From Candidatus Latescibacterota bacterium (GTDB lineage: Bacteria; Latescibacterota; UBA2968; GCA-2709665): DNA of 64,000 bases. The stretch covers positions 3,520,001 to 3,584,000 of the forward strand of contig CBDCOX010000002.1 in the NCBI GenBank assembly GCA_965219995.1, given 5' to 3'. The stretch's first letter is position 1; every line of letters starts with the position of its first letter. The notes beneath the pieces were generated by a model, which did no database searches, was not told the origin of the DNA, and was given only the letters and a program-made list of their open reading frames with translations. Of this stretch, positions 18,846-28,850 are shown one piece after another. The position numbers and the translations under genes are program-made.

Positions 18846-21020
18846 TTGAGCAGACGACGCACGCGAAATTCGAAGTTGGAACGCCCCAACGGAATTCGCC
18901 GACCCACGACCGTCGCCGCCGTCTTCCTGGGTCTCCACGTCGTTCTGGCATACTGGCGTCCCAATCCATTCTGGGGCGCTGATCTCCTGTACTATTATCC
19001 CGATTCTCTGAAGGTCGTCTTCATCCTGCTGGCGATACTCGTTTTCATTCCCTGTGTTCGCGCCCGGTTACGCTCTCTTGTCGCGGCACTGCCGGGTGCG
19101 GTCTGGGGCAGCGGCGTCCGCACCTGGATCGCCCGCAGCCTGCTGATTCTCCTGGCGCTGGCCGGATTCATTGCGCTGCAGTCCTCGCGGCACCTCCTCG
19201 GCGACGGGTACCTGTATCTGCGTGAACTGGATGCCGGCATTACGCAGCGCGTCGACCGCGCGCCGCTTACCTTCGCGCTGATTCGCGTGTTGCATCACGC
19301 CGGCGCCGGGTTATGGCATACCGCCGAGAATACGTACCGTATCTACAGCTATGCCTCCGGTCTTCTGTACATCCTGCTTGCATTTGCCACGGCCGGCGTT
19401 CTGGGGAAGAACGACCGCGAAAAATCCGTGGGTTTGGCGTTCCTTGTCACCTCCGGATACGTGCAACTCTTCTTCGGCTACGTGGAGAATTACGCCTTCT
19501 ACATGCCGGCCAGCCTGCTGTACCTTCTTGCAGGTCTTCGGAGTCTGGAAAACCGGGCGCCCCTGTGGGTACCCGCGCTGGCGCTCGGCCTGCTCATCCC
19601 GTTTCACTTTCTGTTTGTTCTCTTTGCGCCTTCCCTGCTCATACTCGCGTATTTCAGGTACAGGCGCCGTAAAACAACAACGCCACGATGGAAGCCGGTT
19701 CTGGCCAATGTCGCTGCGCTGAGCGCCGCCCCGACTGCCGCGGTGCTTGTCTTCTGGCTGGCCGGGTTCGACGCCGCCGCCTTTCTGGAACGGACAGGCG
19801 GAAAACACCACATCCTCCCTCTGTTTTCGGACCCCGGTTTTCACGTGCCCTACCGCATCGTTTCCATCTCGCATCTGCTCGATTTTATCAACCTGCAGAT
19901 CCTTTCCGCGCCGGCCGCGTTGATGGCGCTGTGCCTGTTCAGCAGGCAGGATTTACGTCACCATCCGTTCCTGCTTGCCGCCGCCGTCGTTCCTCTTTTC
20001 TTCACGTTCATTGCCAACCCTGAAATCGGCGCTTTCAGGGACTGGGACATTCTCGCGCTTCCCGCCCTGCCGCTTACGCTCTGGGCTGCCTCGGCGCTTC
20101 TGGCGAACGGCAAACGGGCACAGCGGCGAGCCCGCAACGTCTCCGTGATCTGCGCCGCGGCCGCCCTGCACACCATGCTGTGGATCGGGGTGAATGCCAA
20201 CCCGGCCGCCGCCGAGGCGCGGTATGCGCATCTCATGGGAAGGCTCAGCGGACATGCGGGCTCCTACGGATGGGAGACGCTCGGGACGTACTACCGCCTG
20301 CAAGGCAAAACGGTGCCGGCGCTCAATGCCTATCGGCGCGCGCTCGATGCGAATCCTCAGAACCCCCGACACTGGTTGTCGGTCGGGCTCATCTACTGCG
20401 ACCTCGGCCGGGCGGAGCGTGGGATCGACCATCTCAGAAAGGCGGTGGAGATCCAGCCCGACCTCGCGGAGGCGCATATCAATCTGGGCGCCGCGTACCT
20501 TGGGACCGGGCGGCACGGGGAAGCGACTGACCATCTCGAGAAAGCCGTTGAACTCCAGCCCGGAAGCACGCTCGCGCTCGTCAACCTCGGCGCCGCCTAC
20601 AACGAAACGGGAAGGTTCAGCGAGGCTGTCGACCCACTAGGCAAAGCGCTTGAAATACAGCCCGGACACGCGGGCGCGCATGTCAATATCGGCGCGTCCT
20701 ACCACGGTCTTGGCCGATACGAGGAGGCGGTTGAACACCTGAAGAAAGCGCTCGAGCTCCAGCCCGCGCTGCGCAGCGCACAGACCTATCTGAACATCGG
20801 CGGCACCTATCACAGCATGGGCCGGTTCGAAGAGGCGATTCCGTATCTGAAGAAAGCCATTGAAATCAACCCGCGGCTCACGAACGCCTACTTCAACCTG
20901 GGCCTGGCCTACGGCGCTCTGAATCGCATGGAGGAGGCCAGAGCCAACCTGCGAAAGGTCCTGGAACTGAATCCGAACGATCCCCAGGCGCCGGTGATCA
21001 GACAGTTGTTGAGGCAATGA
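18846..21020 (+). CDS. Polytopic membrane protein with C-terminal TPR array
   Basis: About 12 hydrophobic segments followed by about 7 TPRs (AHINLGAAY, ALELQP); start codon uncertain. Confidence 0.8.
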   Translation: MSRRRTRNSKLERPNGIRRPTTVAAVFLGLHVVLAYWRPNPFWGADLLYYYPDSLKVVFILLAILVFIPCVRARLRSLVAALPGAVWGSGVRTWIARSLLILLALAGFIALQSSRHLLGDGYLYLRELDAGITQRVDRAPLTFALIRVLHHAGAGLWHTAENTYRIYSYASGLLYILLAFATAGVLGKNDREKSVGLAFLVTSGYVQLFFGYVENYAFYMPASLLYLLAGLRSLENRAPLWVPALALGLLIPFHFLFVLFAPSLLILAYFRYRRRKTTTPRWKPVLANVAALSAAPTAAVLVFWLAGFDAAAFLERTGGKHHILPLFSDPGFHVPYRIVSISHLLDFINLQILSAPAALMALCLFSRQDLRHHPFLLAAAVVPLFFTFIANPEIGAFRDWDILALPALPLTLWAASALLANGKRAQRRARNVSVICAAAALHTMLWIGVNANPAAAEARYAHLMGRLSGHAGSYGWETLGTYYRLQGKTVPALNAYRRALDANPQNPRHWLSVGLIYCDLGRAERGIDHLRKAVEIQPDLAEAHINLGAAYLGTGRHGEATDHLEKAVELQPGSTLALVNLGAAYNETGRFSEAVDPLGKALEIQPGHAGAHVNIGASYHGLGRYEEAVEHLKKALELQPALRSAQTYLNIGGTYHSMGRFEEAIPYLKKAIEINPRLTNAYFNLGLAYGALNRMEEARANLRKVLELNPNDPQAPVIRQLLRQ

Positions 21021-21028
21021 GCTACAAT

Positions 21029-21299
21029 CGGTGAGACGGGAGCCGGTAGACGGTAGAGGACATCCTTGCCCGATTGGTTTTTTCTTTATGCCTCTGGCAA
21101 GAAATGAGACTACACGGGGCAATAAAACCCGTTAGACGCAAGACGGTAGACGGTAGATGACATCTTTGCCCGATTGGTTGCTCCCTTACGCCTCTGGCAA
21201 GATATGAAACCGTACAGGGCAGACAAATTCTCCCCTCTTACGTCTAACGTTTCCCCGCCTTTAGGGCACTCACATCATCTCCCGTCTCCCGTCTCACCG
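21029..21299 (+). repeat. Palindromic element family 1, copy B with copy C (21130-21249) nested inside
   Basis: Outer perfect 14-bp arms CGGTGAGACGGGAG / CTCCCGTCTCACCG; inner 13/14 arms CGTTAGACGCAAGA / TCTTACGTCTAACG; two cores. Confidence 0.85.
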
Positions 21300-21424
21300 C
21301 TCTTGAGGGGCCGGGGGGAGAGGTTCCGCCCGTATCGCTGATGGACTTCGCCTGGCCATATCGATATCCTGAGGGCGCGGTGTGATCCTCTACCGTCTCC
21401 CGTCTAACGTCTCCCCGCCTTTAG

Positions 21425-22288
21425 GTGGTTGCTCTATCACAGGTGACTTATTTGAACCGAATCTACTTCATATCCGACGTACACATCGGGTCGCCGGGAA
21501 TGGGAGATGCAACCCGCGAGCGGGAAGACGTCCTGATCGACTTTCTGAAGTCGATCCGCCACAACGCCGGGGCGCTCTATATTGTTGGCGATCTGTTCGA
21601 CTTCTGGTTCGAGTACCGCACAACCATCCCTTCGACCGGCGCCCGCGTCCTGTTCGAACTCTACAACCTGGTGGAATCCGGCGTGCGCGTGATCTACCTG
21701 CCCGGCAATCACGACCTCTGGCCGGGCCAGTACTTCTCCGAGCAACTCGGCGTTGAACTCCCCGGCGGTCCGATCACGGTCACCCATCAGGGTCTCACGA
21801 TCCACATCGCCCACGGAGACGAAATCCGGAACGACTGGCGGTTCCGCCTGAGCCGCGGCATCCTGAAAAACAGGCATTGCATGGGCCTCTTTCGACTGCT
21901 TCACCCGGACCTGGGGGCCGCCCTCGCCAGGTATACCTCCCGTCTTTCCGAATTCCGGATCCGGACGCGGGGTTCCGGTAACCGGGACATTCTCTATAAG
22001 GCCGCACGAGGGAAGATCGCGCACGGCGTGGATATCGTAATCCACGGACACTACCATTTCTCGCTTCACGCTCGTGTGGGCGGTTCGGGCGACGACCCGG
22101 CAGGTTTGGAAACGGATCCAGAAGTTCGTGCCGATGACCCCGTCGAACGCAGCGGCGAACTGGTGGTCCTGGGCGACTGGATTCAAAAGTACACCTATGC
22201 GGTTCTGGAAAACGGGAGCATCCGGCTCGAGAAGTGGGAAGAGCGCCGTTCGAACGAACCGGCGATCGACCCGGAGGAAGCCGGATAA
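21425..22288 (+). CDS. lpxH: UDP-2,3-diacylglucosamine diphosphatase (calcineurin-like metallophosphoesterase)
   Basis: FISDVHIG, GDLFDFWFEY, PGNHD, AHGD, HGHYH, LGDW; start uncertain. Confidence 0.8.
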   Translation: MVALSQVTYLNRIYFISDVHIGSPGMGDATREREDVLIDFLKSIRHNAGALYIVGDLFDFWFEYRTTIPSTGARVLFELYNLVESGVRVIYLPGNHDLWPGQYFSEQLGVELPGGPITVTHQGLTIHIAHGDEIRNDWRFRLSRGILKNRHCMGLFRLLHPDLGAALARYTSRLSEFRIRTRGSGNRDILYKAARGKIAHGVDIVIHGHYHFSLHARVGGSGDDPAGLETDPEVRADDPVERSGELVVLGDWIQKYTYAVLENGSIRLEKWEERRSNEPAIDPEEAG

Positions 22289-22345
22289 TGGAATGGAGAC
22301 ACGCCACCGGACCCGCCCGATTCGCTCTTACGACCATCAGGTAGT

Positions 22346-23842
22346 GTGCATATGATCCTCGCCATCGACCAGGGCACCACGGGTACGACCGTGCTCGTTA
22401 TCAACCGTAGAGGCGATATCAAGGGCCGCGCCTACGCGGAATTCAACCAGATTTATCCGAAGCCCGGTTGGGTCTCTCACGACGCGGAGGAAATCTGGCG
22501 TTCCACGCAGCGCGTGATCGCCGAGGCGACCCGAAACGCGGGCGTGCGGCCGGGGGACCTGGCGGGGATCGGGATCGCCAACCAGCGGGAGACCACCGTC
22601 CTGTGGGATCGGCGCTCAGGCGTACCCGTACACGACGCGATTGTCTGGCAGTGCCGGCGGACCACCGGCATCTGCCGGCGCTACAGGGAGCGCGGACTCG
22701 AAGAATCCGTCCGCGAACGAACAGGCCTTGTCATTGACGCCTATTTTTCCGCGACCAAGATCGTCTGGCTCCTGGAAAACGTGCCCGGGCTTCGCCGCCG
22801 CGCCGAGGCAGGCGACGTCTGCTTCGGCACGATCGATACCTACCTCCTTCACCGGCTCACCGCCGGCGCCGTTCACGCGACCGACCTCACCAATGCCTCC
22901 CGGACCATGTGTTTCAACATCCACACGCGGGAGTGGGACGCGGCCTTGCTCGACGCGTTCGACATCCCTCGGGCCGTCCTCCCGCAGGTCAATCCCTCCG
23001 CCTGTGTGTTCGGGACAACCCGCGGCGAGGGCCCACTGCCGGAAGGGATCCCGATCGCCGGCATCGCGGGAGACCAGCAGGCCGCCCTCTTCGGGCAGCG
23101 AGGCGTTTCCGAGGGTGACGTCAAGAACACCTACGGGACGGGCTGTTTCGCCCTGTTTCACACGGGATCCAACGCGTTCCCGTCGCAAAACGGCCTGCTC
23201 ACCACACTGGCCTGCGATGCACGCGGCGGTCCGGCCTTCGCCCTGGAAGGATCCGTCTTCAGCGCCGGATCCGCGGTTCAATGGTTGCGCGACGGCCTGG
23301 GCCTGATCGCGAATGCGTCCGAAACGGAATACCTCGCCCGATCGGTTCCGGATAACGACGGCGTCTACCTGGTCCCCGCGTTCACGGGCCTCGGCGCGCC
23401 CTACTGGGATCCGGATGCCCGCGGGACCATTGTGGGTATCAACCGGGGAACAGACCGGGCCCACCTGGCGCGGGCCACGCTCGAATCCATCGCCTATCAG
23501 AGCGCCGCCCTCGTAGACGCCATGGCAGCGGACACGGGCCGCCCGGTTACCGGAATCCGCGTTGACGGCGGCGCATCCGCGAACGACTTCCTGATGCAGT
23601 TCCAGGCCGATATCCTCAATACGCACGTGATCCGGCCCCGGCATACGGAGACCACCGCCATGGGCGCCGCGATGCTCGCGGGGCTTACGACCGGATTCTG
23701 GAGCGGCCCTGAGGCGCTGTCGGATCTGAATCCACCCGAACGCACGTTCGAACCCTCCATGTCGCAAAAAAAGCGCGACACCCTGCTGAATCGCTGGCGT
23801 CACGCCGTTCGAACCGCCCGCCACCACGGCAATCACAAATAA
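22346..23842 (+). CDS. glpK: Glycerol kinase
   Basis: AIDQGTTGT, NQRETT..WD, WQCRRT, DAYFSATK, TD.TNASRTM, GDQQAALFGQ, KNTYGTGCF, PAFTGLGAPYWD. Confidence 0.96.
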   Translation: MHMILAIDQGTTGTTVLVINRRGDIKGRAYAEFNQIYPKPGWVSHDAEEIWRSTQRVIAEATRNAGVRPGDLAGIGIANQRETTVLWDRRSGVPVHDAIVWQCRRTTGICRRYRERGLEESVRERTGLVIDAYFSATKIVWLLENVPGLRRRAEAGDVCFGTIDTYLLHRLTAGAVHATDLTNASRTMCFNIHTREWDAALLDAFDIPRAVLPQVNPSACVFGTTRGEGPLPEGIPIAGIAGDQQAALFGQRGVSEGDVKNTYGTGCFALFHTGSNAFPSQNGLLTTLACDARGGPAFALEGSVFSAGSAVQWLRDGLGLIANASETEYLARSVPDNDGVYLVPAFTGLGAPYWDPDARGTIVGINRGTDRAHLARATLESIAYQSAALVDAMAADTGRPVTGIRVDGGASANDFLMQFQADILNTHVIRPRHTETTAMGAAMLAGLTTGFWSGPEALSDLNPPERTFEPSMSQKKRDTLLNRWRHAVRTARHHGNHK

Positions 23843-23853
23843 AAAGCGATCGC

Positions 23854-23996
23854 TAAGAGCGGGGAGACGTGAGACGCAAGACGTTAGATGACATCCTTGC
23901 CCGATTGGTTTTTCTCTTATGCCTCCGGCAGGAAATGAATCCGCACCGGGCAATCACATCCTCTACCGTCTCCCCTCTCACGTCTAACCGCTCTTA
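23854..23996 (+). repeat. Palindromic element family 1, copy D
   Basis: Terminal TAAGAGCGG / CCGCTCTTA, heptamer arms and shared core; right end overlaps the ilvD stop codon. Confidence 0.85.
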
Positions 23997-25667
23997 TTCG
24001 TCCGTGACGCATCCTTCGGAAGCCGTAGTCACGGTTTTGATGTATTTGAATAGCGTGCCTTGCGTTGCCTTGTACGGCGGCGCCGTCCAGGCTGCCCGCC
24101 GTTCCGCCAGTTCCTCGTCGTCCAGGTCGACGTTGATCTCGTTGGCTTCCGCGTCGATGGTAATCACGTCGCCGTTTTCAACCAGGGCGATGGCGCCGCC
24201 CTCCTGTGCTTCGGGCGTGATGTGGCCTACGACGAACCCGTGCGAACCGCCCGAAAAACGTCCGTCGGTAATCAGCGCAACGTCATTGCCCAGGCCCGCG
24301 CCCATGATCACCGACGTAGGCGTGAGCATCTCCGGCATGCCGGGACCGCCCTTGGGTCCCTCATAACGGATGACGACAACGCACCCCACCTTCACTTCGT
24401 TTCGCTCGACCGCTCCGAGGAGGTCCTCCTCGCGGTCGAACACCATCGCGGGCCCTGTGAACCGCACGCCCTCCTTGCCTGTGATCTTGGCCACCGCGCC
24501 CTCTGAGGCCAGATTTCCGCGCAGGATCCGCAGATGTCCGGTGGTTTTGATCGGCCTGTCGGTGGACCGTACCACCTGCTGCCCGTCGTCGAGCCCGGGC
24601 AACTCTGCCAGGTTTTCCGCAATCGTCCTGCCCGTAACCGTCAGGCAGTCGCCGTTCAGCAGGCCGTTCTCCAGCAGGTATTTCATCGCGCCGGGCGTTC
24701 CGCCCACGTTGTGCAGATCCTCCATGACGAACTGTCCGCTGGGCTTGAAGTCCGACAACAAAGGCACCCGGTCGCTCACCGCCTGAAAATCGTCGATTGT
24801 CAACTGGACGCCGACGGATTTCGCGATTGCGATCATGTGCAGCACCGCGTTGGTCGATCCGCCGAGGGCCATGATCACGACCATCGCGTTTTCGAACGCC
24901 TCGCGGGTCATGATGTCCCGAGGCCTGATGTCTTTCTCCAGCAGGTTCCGGATGGCCGCGCCGGACTGGAAGCACTCCTCCAGCTTTCCCTTGTCCACGG
25001 CCGGCGTCGAGGAACTGTAGGGCAGCGACATCCCCATCGCTTCGATAGCGGACGCCATCGTATTCGCGGTGTACATTCCCCCGCACGCGCCGGCGCCCGG
25101 GCAGGCATGCTGCACTACGCCCTTCCGCTCCTCCTCGTCCAGTTCGCCGGCCAGATACTCGCCGTAGCTCTGAAACGCGGACACGATGTCGAGCTTCTTG
25201 TGGTTACTGAAGCCCGGTTTGATGGTCCCTCCGTAGATCATCAATGACGGCCGGTTCAACCGCCCCATCGCCATCACGCAGCCCGGCATGTTCTTGTCGC
25301 AGCCCGGGAGCGATATGTTGGCGTCGTACCACTGCGCGCCCATTACCGTTTCAATGGAATCCGCGATCAGGTCCCGCGACTGCAGCGAAAAGCTCATGCC
25401 CTCGGTTCCCATCGAAATCCCGTCGCTGACGCCGATGGTGTTGAAGCGCATGCCCAGCAGACCCGCCGCATCCACGCCCTGCTTCACCTTCGCCGCGAGG
25501 TCCAGGAGATGCATATTGCAGGTATTGCCCTCGTACCACATGCTGGCGATGCCAACCTGCGCCTTGTCCATATCCGCTTCGGTCATTCCAGTCCCGTACA
25601 ACATCGCCTGTGACGCGCCCTGGGACTTCACCTGGGTAATCCGGGAACTGTACTTGTTCAGCGCCAT
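23994..25667 (-). CDS. ilvD: Dihydroxy-acid dehydratase
   Basis: [64 protein letters not shown]. Confidence 0.97.
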   Translation of the reverse strand: MALNKYSSRITQVKSQGASQAMLYGTGMTEADMDKAQVGIASMWYEGNTCNMHLLDLAAKVKQGVDAAGLLGMRFNTIGVSDGISMGTEGMSFSLQSRDLIADSIETVMGAQWYDANISLPGCDKNMPGCVMAMGRLNRPSLMIYGGTIKPGFSNHKKLDIVSAFQSYGEYLAGELDEEERKGVVQHACPGAGACGGMYTANTMASAIEAMGMSLPYSSSTPAVDKGKLEECFQSGAAIRNLLEKDIRPRDIMTREAFENAMVVIMALGGSTNAVLHMIAIAKSVGVQLTIDDFQAVSDRVPLLSDFKPSGQFVMEDLHNVGGTPGAMKYLLENGLLNGDCLTVTGRTIAENLAELPGLDDGQQVVRSTDRPIKTTGHLRILRGNLASEGAVAKITGKEGVRFTGPAMVFDREEDLLGAVERNEVKVGCVVVIRYEGPKGGPGMPEMLTPTSVIMGAGLGNDVALITDGRFSGGSHGFVVGHITPEAQEGGAIALVENGDVITIDAEANEINVDLDDEELAERRAAWTAPPYKATQGTLFKYIKTVTTASEGCVTDE

Positions 25668-25794
25668 GGTGTTCCTTTCCATAATGTCTCCCCAAAGCCC
25701 CATTGGCCTCGGGTCAGGGTCGTTTCCGTTTTTTATACGCCCGGTCGCGATTTAATTTAATCGAATGCATCTGACCCGTCAACTGTCACAAGAA

Positions 25795-25865
25795 AGCTGT
25801 CAGCTGTCAGCCATCAGCGGTCAGCCTGAAGCAAAAGGCAAAGACCAAACAGCAAATCGCAAAAC
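25795..25865. repeat. Degenerate heptamer tandem repeats
   Basis: AGCTGTC AGCTGTC AGCCATC AGCGGTC then GCAAAAG GCAAAGA CCAAACA GCAAATC GCAAAAC. Confidence 0.7.
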
Positions 25866-25925
25866 GGTGCCCTGCGGTGCGGGGTAGGTCCCGAAAGAGG
25901 GGGCCGGGGGGAGAGGTCTGCGTAA

Positions 25926-26061
25926 ATTCGGTTAGACGTAAGAGGGTAGACGGTAGATGACGTCTTTGCCCGATTGGTTCTTCCACTATGCCTGCGGCAA
26001 GAGATGATACCGAACAGGCAATCATGTCTTCTCCCGTCTCCCGTCTAACGTCTCCCCGAAT
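25926..26061 (+). repeat. Palindromic element family 1, copy E
   Basis: Terminal ATTCGG / CCGAAT; core segment TATGCCTGCGGCAAGAGATGATACCGAACAGGCA identical to copy A. Confidence 0.85.
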
Positions 26062-26394
26062 CAATAGACCGTGTACCGGTCGCTGGGTTGGCCGCTTCCC
26101 GTAGACTGGTGGCCGATAAAGTCGCCTTTTCCACCGATCGATGAACCAAATGAGGAAACGCGGTGAGGCCGGCGCCGTCGGTCCGCGCCGCCGTCAACAC
26201 CCACGACATTTCGCCTTTCCGGACCATTGATCCGGCAAGGCGTTTTTTTTTGAACCGCGCTTCCCGCGTCGTGCTCGCTTCATTCCAACCCTTTTCATGG
26301 ACCGGGAAGGGAACGGTAGACCCTGCGTCTCAGTCTAACAGAACGGCCGCCATGATGTAAATTCATCGGACGCCGGGAGAAAACGGAGGCGCAC

Positions 26395-28827
26395 GTGAGG
26401 CGAATTGTGTTATTGATTTCGTGCGTGTTGGCATTGGGCGCCAGTACGCAGATTTACGGCAAGGGTACCGTGAGGGGCACGGTGCGCGACGCCACAGACG
26501 GTGAAACCTTGCCGAATGCCAATGTCCTGATCGACAGTCTGGGAATCGGGGTATCGGCGGACAAGTCCGGCTATTTTGTCATCGGAAATCTGCCGCCCGG
26601 CAGACACGTGATACGGGCGAGCTTTATAGGATACACAAGCAGGTCCGTCGAGATTGCAATCGAGTCGGCCGAGACCGAGAAGCTTGTGATTGAGCTCCAA
26701 CCGGTGGAACTGACGTTTGACGAAATAGAAGTCGTCGGAGAGCGCGTGGCGCCAACGGAGGTGACGCCGGTGAGCGCGTTCGGCACGCGCGTAACCGAAC
26801 TGGCGCGTATCCCAACCGTGGGACAGCCCGATCTGATGCGCGGCATTCAATTGCTCCCGGGGGTTCAGGCGGGGAGCGAGAATTCCGCAGGACTGTACGT
26901 CCGCGGGGGCACACCCGGTCAGAATCTGATTCTGCTGGACGACGTGGTTGTTTACAACCCGAATCACCTCTTCGGGTTCTTCAGCACGTTCAATCCCGAT
27001 GCGTTGAAGAACGTGACACTGATCAAGGGGACGTTTCCCGCGCGGTATGGCGACCGCCTGTCCAGCGTGCTGGATATAACCAACCTGGACGGCAACAGGA
27101 AACAGCTCGATGCCCGCGCATCCCTGGACCTGATCAGCGCGGGATTGACGATCGGCGGACCCGTAGGCGATCGCGGATCGTGGATGCTTTCAGGGCGGCG
27201 GACCTATGACGAGGTCCTGGAGTCGCCGTTGTTCGGTCACCTGGTGGACGAGATGTTCAGTACCCGAATCGGGACGATTTCCGCAAGCCCGAGCGCCGCC
27301 GGCGGACCGTTCGGATTCGGCGGCGGGCAAGGCGCAGGCCGGTTTGGCGGTACGCGATTCAACTTCCAGCAGCAGACCGGCAACTTTGAACAGGACTACG
27401 GGTTTTACGACTCGAACTTCAAGCTGAACCTGGACGTGTCCGAAAACGACCGCATATCGATCAGCGGATACATGGGCCGTGATGCCCTCGATCTCACCCT
27501 GCCTTCGTTCCGGCAGCAGACCCGTGATCAACTCATGGATTGGGGCAATCAGATTGCCAGGCTCAATTGGCAGCGGATCTTCACCCACAACCTGATCGGC
27601 AACGTGCAGGTTTCGGCAAGTCGATACGTGTCGAACTTCGACGTCGCGACCAACCGGAATGCCGATGCGACCGGGCAGGCCGGCGAGGGCCGCCCGGGGC
27701 GCGGAATCGGCCTGAATCGCAACAACAAGCTGAACGATCTGACGATCAAGGCCTCGTTCGATCTTTATTCGGGCCCGTTTCACACCACGCGTTTTGGCGG
27801 CCAGTTGACGTCCTACGATGCCTTCTACAGGCAGGGGGTGGGCGATTCGGTACGGACTGGAATTAACACATCCTCGCTCTATCAGACGGGTTTCCTGGAG
27901 CACGTGATGCGCCTGGGCCGCCTGGAATTGACCCCGGGGATTCGCGCGAGCCACTTCAATAGCGGAGGCTACACCCGGTGGTCGCCGCGCGTTGCCGGCC
28001 TGTTCCAGATGGACGACAAAGTTGCGTTCAAAGGCGGTTGGGGCATCTACCACCAGTTCGTCAACCTGATTTCGATCGAGGCCAATACGTATGCGACGGA
28101 CATGTGGCTGCCGGTGGACGAGACCCTGACGCCCGGCAAGGCGGTCCACAGCGCGTTCGGTCTGATGTTGACGCCCGGCGACGCGTGGCAGGTCGATCTG
28201 GAGTTCTATCACAAGGGTCTGGAGGATCTCGTGGAATTCCAGTCGCAGGTCCGCCTCGACGATTCAACCCCGCTATCCGACCTGTTCGCGACCGGAACGG
28301 GCACGTCATTCGGCGGAGAGGTCCTGCTTCGCAAGACGGAGGGTCGGCTGAAGGGTTGGATCGGCTATACGCTGAGCAAGACGGAACACACATTTGCCGA
28401 TCTGAACCGGGGCGAACCGTTTCCGCCAAAATACGACCGGCGTCACGACGTGTCCGTGGTGACCGACTATTACGTGGGCAAAGGCTGGAGCGTCAATCTG
28501 AACTGGGTCTATGGAACAGGACAGGCATATACGATTCCCGAGGCGCGCTATGAGGTGCGGCAGCCCACGGGTCAGACCTTTGCTTACGTCCATGTTTCGG
28601 AGAAGAACGCATACCGCCTGCCGGCCTATCACCGGATGGACCTGGGTGTTACGCGAGATTTGAACCTGGGAGGTGTGGAAGGCCAGCTGGTATTCAGTGT
28701 ATTCAACGTCTACAACCGGCGCAACGTATGGTATCGCTCGTTCGATGCGACCGAGCCGGAAGTATTGGTCCAGGATGTACTATTGCAGCCTATATTGCCG
28801 AGTCTCGGTCTACGATTCAACATGTGA
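26395..28827 (+). CDS. TonB-dependent receptor with N-terminal carboxypeptidase-regulatory-like domain
   Basis: Signal peptide, GTVRD..GETLP.ANV, plug LLPGV..GLYVRGG..QNLILLD, YGDRLSSVLDI, C-terminal FNVYNRRN...LGLRF. Confidence 0.92.
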   Translation: MRRIVLLISCVLALGASTQIYGKGTVRGTVRDATDGETLPNANVLIDSLGIGVSADKSGYFVIGNLPPGRHVIRASFIGYTSRSVEIAIESAETEKLVIELQPVELTFDEIEVVGERVAPTEVTPVSAFGTRVTELARIPTVGQPDLMRGIQLLPGVQAGSENSAGLYVRGGTPGQNLILLDDVVVYNPNHLFGFFSTFNPDALKNVTLIKGTFPARYGDRLSSVLDITNLDGNRKQLDARASLDLISAGLTIGGPVGDRGSWMLSGRRTYDEVLESPLFGHLVDEMFSTRIGTISASPSAAGGPFGFGGGQGAGRFGGTRFNFQQQTGNFEQDYGFYDSNFKLNLDVSENDRISISGYMGRDALDLTLPSFRQQTRDQLMDWGNQIARLNWQRIFTHNLIGNVQVSASRYVSNFDVATNRNADATGQAGEGRPGRGIGLNRNNKLNDLTIKASFDLYSGPFHTTRFGGQLTSYDAFYRQGVGDSVRTGINTSSLYQTGFLEHVMRLGRLELTPGIRASHFNSGGYTRWSPRVAGLFQMDDKVAFKGGWGIYHQFVNLISIEANTYATDMWLPVDETLTPGKAVHSAFGLMLTPGDAWQVDLEFYHKGLEDLVEFQSQVRLDDSTPLSDLFATGTGTSFGGEVLLRKTEGRLKGWIGYTLSKTEHTFADLNRGEPFPPKYDRRHDVSVVTDYYVGKGWSVNLNWVYGTGQAYTIPEARYEVRQPTGQTFAYVHVSEKNAYRLPAYHRMDLGVTRDLNLGGVEGQLVFSVFNVYNRRNVWYRSFDATEPEVLVQDVLLQPILPSLGLRFNM

Positions 28828-28850
28828 GACGGCCGGCGGAGGAACAATGA

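Noticed and set aside
23854-23996. Family 1 element as a MITE of the IS630 in this window
   Set aside because: Only copy D ends in TA, and its termini do not resemble the IS630 inverted repeats
26062-26394. Cobalamin riboswitch upstream of the TonB receptor
   Set aside because: I could not find the B12-box or other conserved riboswitch motifs; an Rfam scan would be decisive
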